The translations under genes were made by a program, and so were the position numbers. Below, one piece after another: positions 27,316 through 35,718 of a DNA stretch of 38,187 bases; position 1 is the stretch's first letter; every line of letters starts with the position of its first letter. This stretch comes from a virus (Duplodnaviria; Caudoviricetes), in the IMG/VR virus record IMGVR_UViG_3300021408_000060, positions 1 to 38,187 of that record; one strand, 5' to 3'. The notes beneath the pieces were generated by a model that worked only from the letters and a program-made list of their open reading frames with translations, was not told the origin of the DNA and made no database searches.

Positions 27316-27494
27316 CCGTAATAAAACAAGGTATTCCAGTTATTTTTAATGATAAAGGGGAACCGGTAGCCGTTATCTTCTTCAGTCAAAACAGAGACCG
27401 TATCATCTACATGATTGAAAAAGCAGATGAAGAAGAGATTATCAGTCTAATCAATACTAAAAATGACATCACAACAACTACAAACAATAAGTAA
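27312..27494 (+). CDS. Hypothetical protein
   Basis: 60-aa ORF, translationally coupled. Confidence 0.6.
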   Translation: MTVIKQGIPVIFNDKGEPVAVIFFSQNRDRIIYMIEKADEEEIISLINTKNDITTTTNNK

Positions 27495-28047
27495 AAAATT
27501 ATCACCAATAGCACAACAAGCTATCACTTTAAAAATAAAAAGTGATCCAGATATGAAAGTTGCAGTAGAACTACTTTCAAAACTAAATCAATTCAACGAT
27601 AAAATAACAGAAGAACGTGAGAAAGTAACAAAACCTTTAAACGAAGCATTAAAAGCTGAACGTGCTAGATGGAAGCCCACTGAATTACAGAACGAAGAAG
27701 CAATCAGTTCCATTCGGTCTGAAATGACCCGGTATCAAACAGCACTGATAAACCAAAAGAAACTAGGCGAACAAAAAATAGTTGATCGAGTAAATAAAGG
27801 AACATTGACTATAACGACAGCAGTGAAGAAAATTGAGGCTATAATTCCTGTGGAGAAAGAACATGCCACAGATGTGGGTTTAGTTCAATTTCGTGAAACT
27901 CAAATCCTTAAAGTTACCAATATTGACCTCATCCCACGAGAATTCTTTGATCTCAATGAATCAAATCTTCTAAAGAACCTTAAAATGGGTAGAACAATCC
28001 CTGGTGCTGAAATGGAGACCATCCAGGTACCAGTAAACTATAGGTAG
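27463..28047 (+). CDS. Gam/Gp157-like coiled-coil protein
   Basis: 'ER.KVTKPLNEA.K' coiled coil and C-terminal 'IPREF...N...L......G..IPG' motif. Confidence 0.6.
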   Translation: MTSQQLQTISKKLSPIAQQAITLKIKSDPDMKVAVELLSKLNQFNDKITEEREKVTKPLNEALKAERARWKPTELQNEEAISSIRSEMTRYQTALINQKKLGEQKIVDRVNKGTLTITTAVKKIEAIIPVEKEHATDVGLVQFRETQILKVTNIDLIPREFFDLNESNLLKNLKMGRTIPGAEMETIQVPVNYR

Positions 28048-28085
28048 GTACGAAAAAACCACCTTTTCGGTGGTTTTTTCGTACC
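28047..28085. terminator. Bidirectional intrinsic terminator
   Basis: Perfect 17-bp stem GGTACGAAAAAACCACC-TTTTC-GGTGGTTTTTTCGTACC containing A6/T6 tracts. Confidence 0.85.
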
Positions 28086-28093
28086 CTGCACCC

Positions 28094-28137
28094 TGTGGAT
28101 AACCCACATTGACTTATTGACACGCAACCCCTATAAT
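28094..28137 (+). promoter_or_regulatory. DnaA box plus promoter TTGACT-17-TATAAT firing into non-coding DNA
   Basis: TGTGGATAA at 28094-28102, -35 at 28109-14, -10 at 28132-37. Confidence 0.75.
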
Positions 28138-28345
28138 GACTCCATAGGAGTCTTTATAGGGGCGGTAAATGTTGTACAATTTTTGATTTTTTAAAAAAAC
28201 GGCTAAAGATAGCCATTTTTTATTTCTTATAAAGACACTATGTTAAAAATTTGTCAATAGACATGGCTCAACAGAGCCATATTTTAAACATTCAAAACAG
28301 TTTTTTCAAAAAATAAAATGGCTATACTAAGCCATTTTATTTTTT
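28138..28345. repeat. Putative replication origin: three GGCT-N6-AGCCAT palindromes in AT-rich DNA
   Basis: Cores at 28201-28214, 28265-28278 and 28320-28333; additional palindrome GACTCC-ATA-GGAGTC at 28138-28152. Confidence 0.55.
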
Positions 28346-28351
28346 TACTTT

Positions 28352-29617
28352 TTAAAACTTGTTAAAATTCAGTTCCAAACTTTCACCTTTTTCATTAATT
28401 TCATCATCAGATATATCTCGCTCAAAATCTCTAACTAAAGTATCTTTTATACCTTCTAATCGTCTAATTATATTCCACGTTTCTTTGTCTTTAATTGACC
28501 ACGCAAGTCCACTAGAATCTCCAGTTCTTTCCAATATTCCGATAGCTGCTAAATGTTGTAAATTTGTTCCAGTTACTGATGTAGCAAGTCCTATATCATC
28601 AGCAATAGTTTGACCTTTCACCGATATATTAAAATCAGCTTTAGCAATAACTTTTAAACAAGCACGTCTTTCTTCATTAGCGAGACTATATGCACACCAT
28701 TCAATATAAGATATATCTTCTTCCCCTATATCCCATATTTCATTTTCATAGTGATGCATAACAGATAAACCACGTGCAATAGATGATAATTGGAGTGCTA
28801 CACGCATTGGCATTTCACTCACTGGCACCTTATCAACAGTTTTAGCAAACCGATCATAATGAGTAGGGGTTCGTAATTTAGCGGCAAACATAGATATTTG
28901 CACTATGCGTTCATATACCTCAAGAGATATTTGAGGCACTATTTCATCTCCTCCTGCATTTACAATACAATCCTTGAGATAGTTACCGTAGAGTTCAGAC
29001 ATATTTTCATCAAGTTCTTTGCCATATACAGTTCGATTTAATGATTTTCGAGTAGCTTTCTCAACATCATATGGTTTCATACGATAATAGATGAAACGTT
29101 CGCCCATATCAGCCACTTCTTCAAAATGGGTATATATCGAAGGTGTACTACCAGCAAGTATACCTAACGCACCATTCCATGTGATAGGTTCGTTTGATGT
29201 GCCGGAAAATTTTGTCATTTCTCCGTCATAAACCATACGAAGTTGACTCAATATTGAGGCGCGAGCTTCCTGGGATTTGGAAAAGATAACAGTAAAGTCA
29301 GACACCACGATTATTCCATGTTTACCGATACGATTAAGAAGGGATATATCTTTTTCACCCTTTTTTACTTTCATACCCGAAAGCAACGTATTTTCAGTGA
29401 GATCATCAACACGATGGATAAACTTTTTATCGGTCAAAGCCAACGGGCGTAACACCTGCGATTTACCTCCTGAAGAGGGACCAATAATAAGCATCCATAC
29501 AGGATCGCCGAGTTTCAATCGCGTAGCGATAATAGAAGCTAAAGCAATACGGGTCATACCATCATCTTCAGTATAGATGTATTTACTGACTTCAGTTTGT
29601 AAATCAATAAATTTCAT
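28352..29617 (-). CDS. AAA+ (MCM-like) replicative helicase/ATPase with C-terminal winged helix
   Basis: Walker A 'GPSSGGKS', 'IVVSDFT', 'LSQLRMVYDG', 'MGERF' Arg finger, C-terminal HTH 'IADDIGL.......LQHLAAIGIL'. Confidence 0.7.
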   Translation of the reverse strand: MKFIDLQTEVSKYIYTEDDGMTRIALASIIATRLKLGDPVWMLIIGPSSGGKSQVLRPLALTDKKFIHRVDDLTENTLLSGMKVKKGEKDISLLNRIGKHGIIVVSDFTVIFSKSQEARASILSQLRMVYDGEMTKFSGTSNEPITWNGALGILAGSTPSIYTHFEEVADMGERFIYYRMKPYDVEKATRKSLNRTVYGKELDENMSELYGNYLKDCIVNAGGDEIVPQISLEVYERIVQISMFAAKLRTPTHYDRFAKTVDKVPVSEMPMRVALQLSSIARGLSVMHHYENEIWDIGEEDISYIEWCAYSLANEERRACLKVIAKADFNISVKGQTIADDIGLATSVTGTNLQHLAAIGILERTGDSSGLAWSIKDKETWNIIRRLEGIKDTLVRDFERDISDDEINEKGESLELNFNKF

Positions 29618-30270
29618 ATACCCGTTAGTTTTTTAACAGCATCAATAAAACTTGTATTAAACAATGTCATATACACGTCTATTGCATCCCCTCCTTTTTG
29701 ACATCCATAGCAGTAAACCTTATTCTCTTTTCTGTAGTAATGCATATCGTCTCCGTCTTTATCTTGGCACCAGATACACCTCCCTTTTCCATATTTATTA
29801 AATTTTATGAATTGATTTATTGGATATATTCTTGCAACTTCAATGTCACGATCAGTCACCCCACCCAACACCGTCTTCGTAGGTGTTTTTAACATGGATA
29901 GTCGGAAGACATTTCGTTTTATGGTTTCTTCTTTTCCTTTACGTAATGGGTCGAGGAATAGTCCGTGTGCTATATTCCACCAAAACCATTCATTTTCTTT
30001 TGATGATTTTCTATATATTATGTCGTGACATTCGTTTTCTATTCTATCCGCCTCTCGTAAATCTTGCTGACATTTCTGTATTTCTTCTTGAAGATATTTT
30101 TTTGCCACACTTTTTGCTTGAGGAAATATTTCCATGAGTTGATTCCAACTATAGTCTATTAAACTATCTTCATGTTCTCGTCTTAATCTGTCAAAAATAT
30201 CCATTTCATCTTGAGTGTACATTCCAAAGAGATGTATGTATTTGTCTAAAGTGATTGAGTAAATTGTCAT
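29614..30270 (-). CDS. CHC2-type zinc-finger protein (primase Zn-binding domain without catalytic domain)
   Basis: 'IEVARIYPI...CIWC...CYGCQKGGDAIDVYM...SFIDAVKKL'. Start set at ATG 30270, downstream of its promoter. Confidence 0.75.
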   Translation of the reverse strand: MTIYSITLDKYIHLFGMYTQDEMDIFDRLRREHEDSLIDYSWNQLMEIFPQAKSVAKKYLQEEIQKCQQDLREADRIENECHDIIYRKSSKENEWFWWNIAHGLFLDPLRKGKEETIKRNVFRLSMLKTPTKTVLGGVTDRDIEVARIYPINQFIKFNKYGKGRCIWCQDKDGDDMHYYRKENKVYCYGCQKGGDAIDVYMTLFNTSFIDAVKKLTGI

Positions 30271-30272
30271 AG

Positions 30273-30348
30273 TTATCCACAACAATATGTTGCAAGGTTT
30301 AGTATATACGATATACTGTATTCATAGCAAATACATAATTGTGGATAA
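30273..30348. promoter_or_regulatory. Overlapping divergent promoters bracketed by inverted DnaA boxes
   Basis: TTATCCACA at 30273-81 and TGTGGATAA at 30340-48. Plus: TTGCAA(30290)-16-TATACT(30312). Minus: TTGCTA(30330)-18-TATACT(30306). Confidence 0.7.
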
Positions 30349-30351
30349 CTT

Positions 30352-30507
30352 ATGGAAACACACGTTAAAGAGAAAAGAGCAGAGTTAATATGGGCATTAT
30401 CCATTCAGGATTATACCTTTGCCCAAATAGGAAGGATTTTTAATATAAATCGTTCGACAGTGCTTCGTATTATTAAAGAAATGCCAAAAGGATGGCAACT
30501 AAAATAG
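30352..30507 (+). CDS. 51-aa helix-turn-helix protein (Cro/Hin-like regulator)
   Basis: METHVKEKRAELIWALSIQDYTFAQIGRIFNINRSTVLRIIKEMPKGWQLK*; classic HTH. Missed by the ORF track. Confidence 0.8.
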   Translation: METHVKEKRAELIWALSIQDYTFAQIGRIFNINRSTVLRIIKEMPKGWQLK

Positions 30508-30514
30508 AAAAAAT

Positions 30515-30720
30515 ATGAGTAATCCATTTCCATCACAATTCGATAGTCATTGTCAGTCATGCGGAGATAGAACAGAAGAAGGCGATATGATCTATGCAAT
30601 AGATGGTGAATTTGTTTGTAGAGATTGTGCAGAAGTAAAAACAATGTGTGTAATCAATGTGATAATTATAAAAAAGAAGAATATAATTCTTGTTATGAAT
30701 GTTTTGAACAGAATAAATAA
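30515..30720 (+). pseudogene. Double zinc-finger protein split by a -1 frameshift in an A5 run
   Basis: Frame 0 gives CQSC...CRDC. The -1 frame from 30640 gives NNVCNQCDNYKKEEYNSCYECFEQNK*, ending 2 nt before the next ATG. Confidence 0.65.
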
Positions 30721-30722
30721 AC

Positions 30723-31031
30723 ATGTCCAACACACACCCAATCTCAATAGACGGCGTGAAAGCCACTCCAGGTGAGTATCACGAAATCCGTCCCGAACCA
30801 GTCTGCATGAACTGCATTTTTTGCAATAAATTCTGCATAGAAGACGATGGACATTATTGTCCACACTTGCTCTGTAATATAAAATATAGAAACGAATGGG
30901 GAGAGACAGTTGAATGCAAAAATATGCGTAAACGGTATCGCAAGACGTGTGGAGAACATAAACGTGTAATTCCTCAGAGATATTTTATCTCTAAATTTAA
31001 TCCTGGCCTTTGTATTGATATAAAACAATGA
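30723..31031 (+). CDS. Cys-rich hypothetical protein
   Basis: CMNCIFC, CPHLLC and further Cys residues; in operon orientation. Confidence 0.65.
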   Translation: MSNTHPISIDGVKATPGEYHEIRPEPVCMNCIFCNKFCIEDDGHYCPHLLCNIKYRNEWGETVECKNMRKRYRKTCGEHKRVIPQRYFISKFNPGLCIDIKQ

Positions 31032-31174
31032 TATCAAAATCTTGGTTCATTAAAAGGATTAAGTTCCATGCAGAATATAACCGTTTGAAACGTCTGCAAA
31101 ATCGCAAGAAACCAGTAACCTTAGAGGCGAGTGGTCCGTTACCGGAGATAGATAATAAAAAATTCAAAAAATGA
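31028..31174 (+). CDS. 48-aa basic hypothetical protein (carries the 25-bp repeat)
   Basis: MISKSWFIKRIKFHAEYNRLKRLQNRKKPVTLEASGPLPEIDNKKFKK*; ATGA overlaps at both ends. Confidence 0.6.
   Translation: MISKSWFIKRIKFHAEYNRLKRLQNRKKPVTLEASGPLPEIDNKKFKK
31122..31146 (+). repeat. 25-bp exact direct repeat, copy 2
   Basis: Identical to 21799-21823. Confidence 0.9.
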
Positions 31175-31785
31175 AAAAACCAACACAATTCACAGATCGA
31201 GACCTTAATACCCAGCTCAAATTCCCGACAATATCGTGGAGTAGCATGAGTCAATTTAGAGATTATGATAAGGAACAGTGGTATCGCTCGTATGTCCTTG
31301 GAGAACGCACACCTCCAAACGCAGTCATGCAAGGAGGCATAGATGTCGGCTCGCGCATCATCCTAGACCCCCTCTTTTTACCCTCTATTCCGCGCCCAGA
31401 GGTGTTTGAACAGCAACTGTCGGCTGTGATATGGGATATCCGCATTACAGGCCACCTGGATGGTTTTAGCCCCTCTGTACCATGTATTGATGAATACAAG
31501 ACATCTTCCAATAAATCCCGATGGACACAAGCCAAGGTCGATAACTGGGGACAATTAACTTTTTACTGCCTGCTTGTCTATCTTCACTACTCAATAAAAC
31601 CGGAAACTCTTAAACTTCGTCTCTTCTCTATCCCCATGATTGAAACAGGTCATTTTGAGGTAATACAACAGGGCGAGCCAATCGTGTTTGAGACAAAACG
31701 AACACTGTTAGACGTTTTGAACTTTATTATAGAGATTAAGCACGTGCATAAGGAGATGTTGGAATATATTAAAAATCATGAATAA
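31171..31785 (+). CDS. PD-(D/E)XK exonuclease (RecB/Cas4-like)
   Basis: 'ISWSSM', 'GHLDG', 'IDEYKTS' and 'QLTFY' motifs. Confidence 0.8.
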   Translation: MKKPTQFTDRDLNTQLKFPTISWSSMSQFRDYDKEQWYRSYVLGERTPPNAVMQGGIDVGSRIILDPLFLPSIPRPEVFEQQLSAVIWDIRITGHLDGFSPSVPCIDEYKTSSNKSRWTQAKVDNWGQLTFYCLLVYLHYSIKPETLKLRLFSIPMIETGHFEVIQQGEPIVFETKRTLLDVLNFIIEIKHVHKEMLEYIKNHE

Positions 31786-32770
31786 AATAATCCAAGGTGA
31801 TTCCTTAGAAATTTTAAAAACACTCGAATCAGAATCTATTGACTGCGTCATTACTTCTCCACCATATTGGGCGTTGCGAGATTACGGTGTAGAAGGACAA
31901 TTAGGGCTAGAGCCTACATTTCAAGAGTATATTACAAAACTCTGTGACATATTTGATGAAGTGAAACGAGTGTTGAAAAAGGAGGGAACTTGCTGGGTGA
32001 ATTTGGGGGATACATATTCTAGTCAATCATCTTATTCAGAGAACGGAAGACAAGGATTTGAAGCAAAGACAGACAACATGGTCAAGATAATGGAAAAAAG
32101 ATTTAACCATCAAGCAGACGTGGATTATGGAGGAAAAGCTAGACGTGGTTCAAAACTTGGGAGAGGTAGAGGTGCTTCAGTGCCAGAAAAATCCCTCTGT
32201 CAAATTCCTTCACGCTTCGCGATTGAAATGTCTAACCGTGGGTGGATACTCCGAAATGAAATCATATGGCACAAACCAAACTGTATGCCATCGTCTGCAA
32301 CAGATAGATTTACGGTGGATTTTGAAAAAGTATTTTTCTTTGTGAAGAGTAAAAAATACTACTTTGAACAAATACTAGAACCAAACAGTGAAGTGTCTAT
32401 CCAAAGAGCAGAATACGAAAACCGCCGTGAAAATCCATCAAGTATTGGAAGTAAATCCGAAAGTTATGGAATGCCTGCAAGGTTCGTTAAATTAAATCCT
32501 GAAGGACATAATAAAAGAACAGTTTGGACAGTAAATACTAAAGGATATTCAGAAGCTCACTTTGCCACATATCCAGAGAAATTAATTGAACCGATGATAT
32601 TAGCGGGTTGTCCAGTGGGGGGGGTCTGCATGGATATATTTATGGGAGCTGGTACGACTGCTGTGGTTGCTAAAAAGAATAATAGAAATTATTTTGGGAT
32701 TGAGTTGAACCCTGAGTATATTAAAATTGCTGAAACAAGGATCACGGGTATTACAAATCCTTTATTTTAA
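31778..32770 (+). CDS. DNA methyltransferase, N4-C/N6-A family (beta class)
   Basis: Catalytic 'TSPPY', 'IIWHKPN', 'HFATYP', SAM-binding 'DIFMGAGTT', 'GIELN'. No cognate restriction enzyme adjacent. Confidence 0.92.
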   Translation: MNKIIQGDSLEILKTLESESIDCVITSPPYWALRDYGVEGQLGLEPTFQEYITKLCDIFDEVKRVLKKEGTCWVNLGDTYSSQSSYSENGRQGFEAKTDNMVKIMEKRFNHQADVDYGGKARRGSKLGRGRGASVPEKSLCQIPSRFAIEMSNRGWILRNEIIWHKPNCMPSSATDRFTVDFEKVFFFVKSKKYYFEQILEPNSEVSIQRAEYENRRENPSSIGSKSESYGMPARFVKLNPEGHNKRTVWTVNTKGYSEAHFATYPEKLIEPMILAGCPVGGVCMDIFMGAGTTAVVAKKNNRNYFGIELNPEYIKIAETRITGITNPLF

Positions 32771-32772
32771 AG

Positions 32773-32820
32773 TTATTCACAATTTAACTACTTGCGTTCA
32801 ATCATACGCATGTATATAAT
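32773..32820 (+). promoter_or_regulatory. DnaA-like box plus promoter TTGCGT-17-TATAAT
   Basis: TTATTCACA at 32773-81, -35 at 32792-97, -10 at 32815-20. Confidence 0.75.
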
Positions 32821-32826
32821 AGTAAG

Positions 32827-33035
32827 TAACGGTATGTCTGGTAAATAGTGGACACGTCCACTATCCGCTGGGCTATGTGTTAGATCAATGTGGCAGGTAG
32901 TACATTGATGGGGGAACAATGAAATCGCCCTTTGGGAAAAAACCAAATATAGGAATACGAGATAACCTATGACGCATCTCGTGTTGCGTTTCCCCATGAA
33001 TGTATTACACATAGAGTCGATCATTCAGATAATTA
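32827..33035 (+). ncRNA. Highly structured ~200-nt RNA or leader of unknown family
   Basis: Starts at the predicted TSS; multiple helices, several closed by G-U pairs on the plus strand; no credible plus-strand ORF. Confidence 0.6.
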
Positions 33036-33060
33036 ATAAAGATAATTAAACAAATAAAAT

Positions 33061-33273
33061 ATGAATTTAAGAATACCAATAAATAATACAGTAGAAATAA
33101 TCGTAGCTGATTTGTATGTGAACATTCAGTGTAAATTACAACCTCAGATTCCAGTTGAAAAAACTGAAGCAAAATTGGCTTTACAACAAATTGAAATGAA
33201 AATAAATCAAATTTTTTCTGAAGCAGTGTATAAAGCAAAGAAAGAATTGGAAAAAGAATTACAAGATAATTAA
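33061..33273 (+). CDS. Hypothetical protein
   Basis: 70-aa ORF after the structured leader. Confidence 0.65.
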   Translation: MNLRIPINNTVEIIVADLYVNIQCKLQPQIPVEKTEAKLALQQIEMKINQIFSEAVYKAKKELEKELQDN

Positions 33274-33281
33274 AAAATAAC

Positions 33282-34112
33282 ATGTCAAAAAAAACAACAG
33301 AATTAGCATTAACAGAAGAACAAAAAGCAATTTTAGATCAGTCCTATCCAGTTTCTGAAGAGTCCAACAGACTCCAACTTCCACGTTTAGGATTGCTTTC
33401 TAAAGATATCGTTGAGGAGTCCGGCACTGGCAAAAATAAGAAGATAAAAGTTCTACAGGCTGCTGGATATTTCTACACCGAGTCAGACAAAGGTGAAACA
33501 AACGAAGAAGGTAAGAAAGTCTGGACTAAAGAATTTATAGAAGATGAGACTATTGATGTCACCATTGTCTACCATCGTTATCAGTTGCGAAAGTACGATA
33601 GCTCTCTTGAGAAATTTATAAGCTCACCTATCTATGACAATGCGGAACAAGTCATACCATTGTATCTTGATAAACAGGTCATTAAACGAGGAACTGAAGC
33701 AGATTTGCAAAAGCTCTATCCAGCCCTCACTCAAAAAGGCAAGCCAACAAGTGATCTTAAAAAAGAGGTTATCCTCTATGTTCTATTTAACGGAGAGCTA
33801 CATCAGCTCAATCTTAGTCAATCATCTAAATGGGAGTTTATGTCGTACAAAAAACAAGTCAATCCTTCGACAGTTATTACAACACTCTCTAGCACAGAAG
33901 AAACATTCGGTACGAATACTTATCGCAAGATGATGTTCAATGTGAAGCGTCCTATCGGTCAAGAAGAATTCGAACTGGTATTCGAGAATCAATCATTAGT
34001 TAAAACAACTGTAGAAAACGATAGCAAGTTTTTATTAGCTTCCGGCACATCAGAATCCGAACAAGACAAAGAATTCGACCGCTTAGCAGCTAAAGCCGAG
34101 AAGGATATGTAA
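33282..34112 (+). CDS. Putative single-stranded DNA-binding/recombination protein
   Basis: 'LPRLGLL' N-terminal motif, beta-rich core, acidic C-terminal tail; replication-gene context. Confidence 0.5.
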   Translation: MSKKTTELALTEEQKAILDQSYPVSEESNRLQLPRLGLLSKDIVEESGTGKNKKIKVLQAAGYFYTESDKGETNEEGKKVWTKEFIEDETIDVTIVYHRYQLRKYDSSLEKFISSPIYDNAEQVIPLYLDKQVIKRGTEADLQKLYPALTQKGKPTSDLKKEVILYVLFNGELHQLNLSQSSKWEFMSYKKQVNPSTVITTLSSTEETFGTNTYRKMMFNVKRPIGQEEFELVFENQSLVKTTVENDSKFLLASGTSESEQDKEFDRLAAKAEKDM

Positions 34113-34113
34113 T

Positions 34114-34290
34114 ATGACAATAGCAATAATAAATCAATGGTATACAAAAACATTTAATTTGATTAGTATTGAATTTTTCTTCGGTGAAAAAAGTTCATCG
34201 TTCTTATTTATGTTGTTTGGTCTTGGATTTAAACTTATGACTGGAGTTAATGAAAAATTATTTACAGAGGATGGTAAGAGAATTAGATAA
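34114..34290 (+). CDS. 58-aa hypothetical protein
   Basis: MTIAIINQWYTKTFNLISIEFFFG...KRIR*; starts 1 nt after the upstream stop. Confidence 0.55.
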   Translation: MTIAIINQWYTKTFNLISIEFFFGEKSSSFLFMLFGLGFKLMTGVNEKLFTEDGKRIR

Positions 34291-34333
34291 ATAATATTTC
34301 CATTTTCACTACCTCTATATGGGGTAGTGAGGT

Positions 34334-34504
34334 ATGGGCATAAAACCAAATGATATAGTTTATTTCAAAGACGACAAAGACTGCACACCATACAGAGTTT
34401 GTCGTGCAATAAAAGATGATCGATTATTTCTTTTACTCATTCACCCATATAAAGAAGTCGAGCGTCCATTTGATGAGTCTAAACTAGCAAAGATATATGT
34501 CTGA
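34334..34504 (+). CDS. 56-aa SH3-like hypothetical protein
   Basis: MGIKPNDIVYFKDDKDCTPYRV...; SD-like GAGGT partly within hairpin TCACTACCTC-TATAT-GGGGTAGTGA. Confidence 0.55.
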   Translation: MGIKPNDIVYFKDDKDCTPYRVCRAIKDDRLFLLLIHPYKEVERPFDESKLAKIYV

Positions 34505-35630
34505 TCTTTACCAACACCAAAAAGATTTCTTAGCGCTTAATCCGAATAAAGCCCTTATCTGCTTCGAGGCTGGCACAGGTAAAACTAGAGTAGCCGTGGA
34601 ATGGCTTAGAGATAAGCCGTATCCTTCTATCGTGATAGTTCCAAAACGCATCAAATTAAAATGGCAAGGAGAGTTATCAGAAGCGGGTGTTCAAGCAATC
34701 GTTATTACTAAAGAAGCTTGGAAGAAAAGCACCATGACCAAAGCGGGAGCACTCGTTATCGATGAAATACATCAACACGCCTCACCTCTGTTTACTAAAG
34801 GACGATCACAACTTGCTACACGAACGTATAATTTTATAAAAGATAATCCAGACATGCCTATACTCGGACTGACAGCTACTCCGATTTCCTCCACACCCGC
34901 CAACCTCCACACCTTACTCGTCTACATCGGACATTTTATACCGTGGAAGGACTGGCGACAGGAATTCTATAATCTTGAGATGCTCCCGTACCTTCCCCGT
35001 CCGGCGTACATGCCAAAGAAAAACTGGCGTATTCTTATACGTCCGTATCTTTTGAAATACACGCATACTGCCCTTATGTCAGACGTTGCCGAATTACCAC
35101 TGGTGACAGAGGAGACTATCAGTGTCGCTCATCCGCTTTTTGTTAAAGGTCATGAGGCAACTCCGATGGCGGAATTCGTAGCAGAACATCGAAATGAGCA
35201 GTTAGAGAAAGCCCACATTATCCGCGACATAGGTGGTGGGTATCGTAAAGTAGTGGTTGTGGCATATTTTCGAGATCAGATAGAAGATTTAGAAAAAGAA
35301 TTAAAGAAGGATAAACAAACATATGTGTTAACTGGTGACACAAAAGATCCGGAGGAAGTGATACGACAAGCACAGGAGGATGAGGAGTGCTATTTGATCT
35401 GTCAGTCTTCTATCGGAGTTGGCTTTGATCTCAACACCTTTGCTGTGATGATCTTTGCCTCGCAGGGATACAGTTATGTCAGTTTGGTTCAAATGAAGGC
35501 AAGAATTCAACGTATTCATGATTTAAAACCAGTGAAGTACATCTACCTTATTTCCGGTCGATGTGATAAAGCGGTGCAGAAGCAGTTGTTACTGGGTAGA
35601 GATTTTGATGTAAAATATTTCAATGACTAA
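34497..35630 (+). CDS. SF2 (SNF2-like) DNA helicase
   Basis: 'LYQHQ', 'GTGKT', 'DEIH', 'LTATP', 'GVGFDL' and 'QMKARIQR' motifs. Confidence 0.9.
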   Translation: MSDLYQHQKDFLALNPNKALICFEAGTGKTRVAVEWLRDKPYPSIVIVPKRIKLKWQGELSEAGVQAIVITKEAWKKSTMTKAGALVIDEIHQHASPLFTKGRSQLATRTYNFIKDNPDMPILGLTATPISSTPANLHTLLVYIGHFIPWKDWRQEFYNLEMLPYLPRPAYMPKKNWRILIRPYLLKYTHTALMSDVAELPLVTEETISVAHPLFVKGHEATPMAEFVAEHRNEQLEKAHIIRDIGGGYRKVVVVAYFRDQIEDLEKELKKDKQTYVLTGDTKDPEEVIRQAQEDEECYLICQSSIGVGFDLNTFAVMIFASQGYSYVSLVQMKARIQRIHDLKPVKYIYLISGRCDKAVQKQLLLGRDFDVKYFND

Positions 35631-35718
35631 ACAAGAATGGAAAAGGTTTATAAAAAGTTATGAATTTTGGCTTATTATAGCTCTAGCTTTAATAACTGTA
35701 TTAGTTCAATTATTATGA
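35623..35718 (+). CDS. 31-aa membrane peptide
   Basis: MTKQEWKRFIKSYEFWLIIALALITVLVQLL*; overlaps both neighbours (ATGA with the next gene). Confidence 0.55.
   Translation: MTKQEWKRFIKSYEFWLIIALALITVLVQLL

Noticed and set aside
31171-32770. Restriction-modification system (nuclease next to methyltransferase)
   Set aside because: The nuclease has RecB/Cas4-like exonuclease motifs typical of phage recombination; orphan MTases are common in phage early regions.
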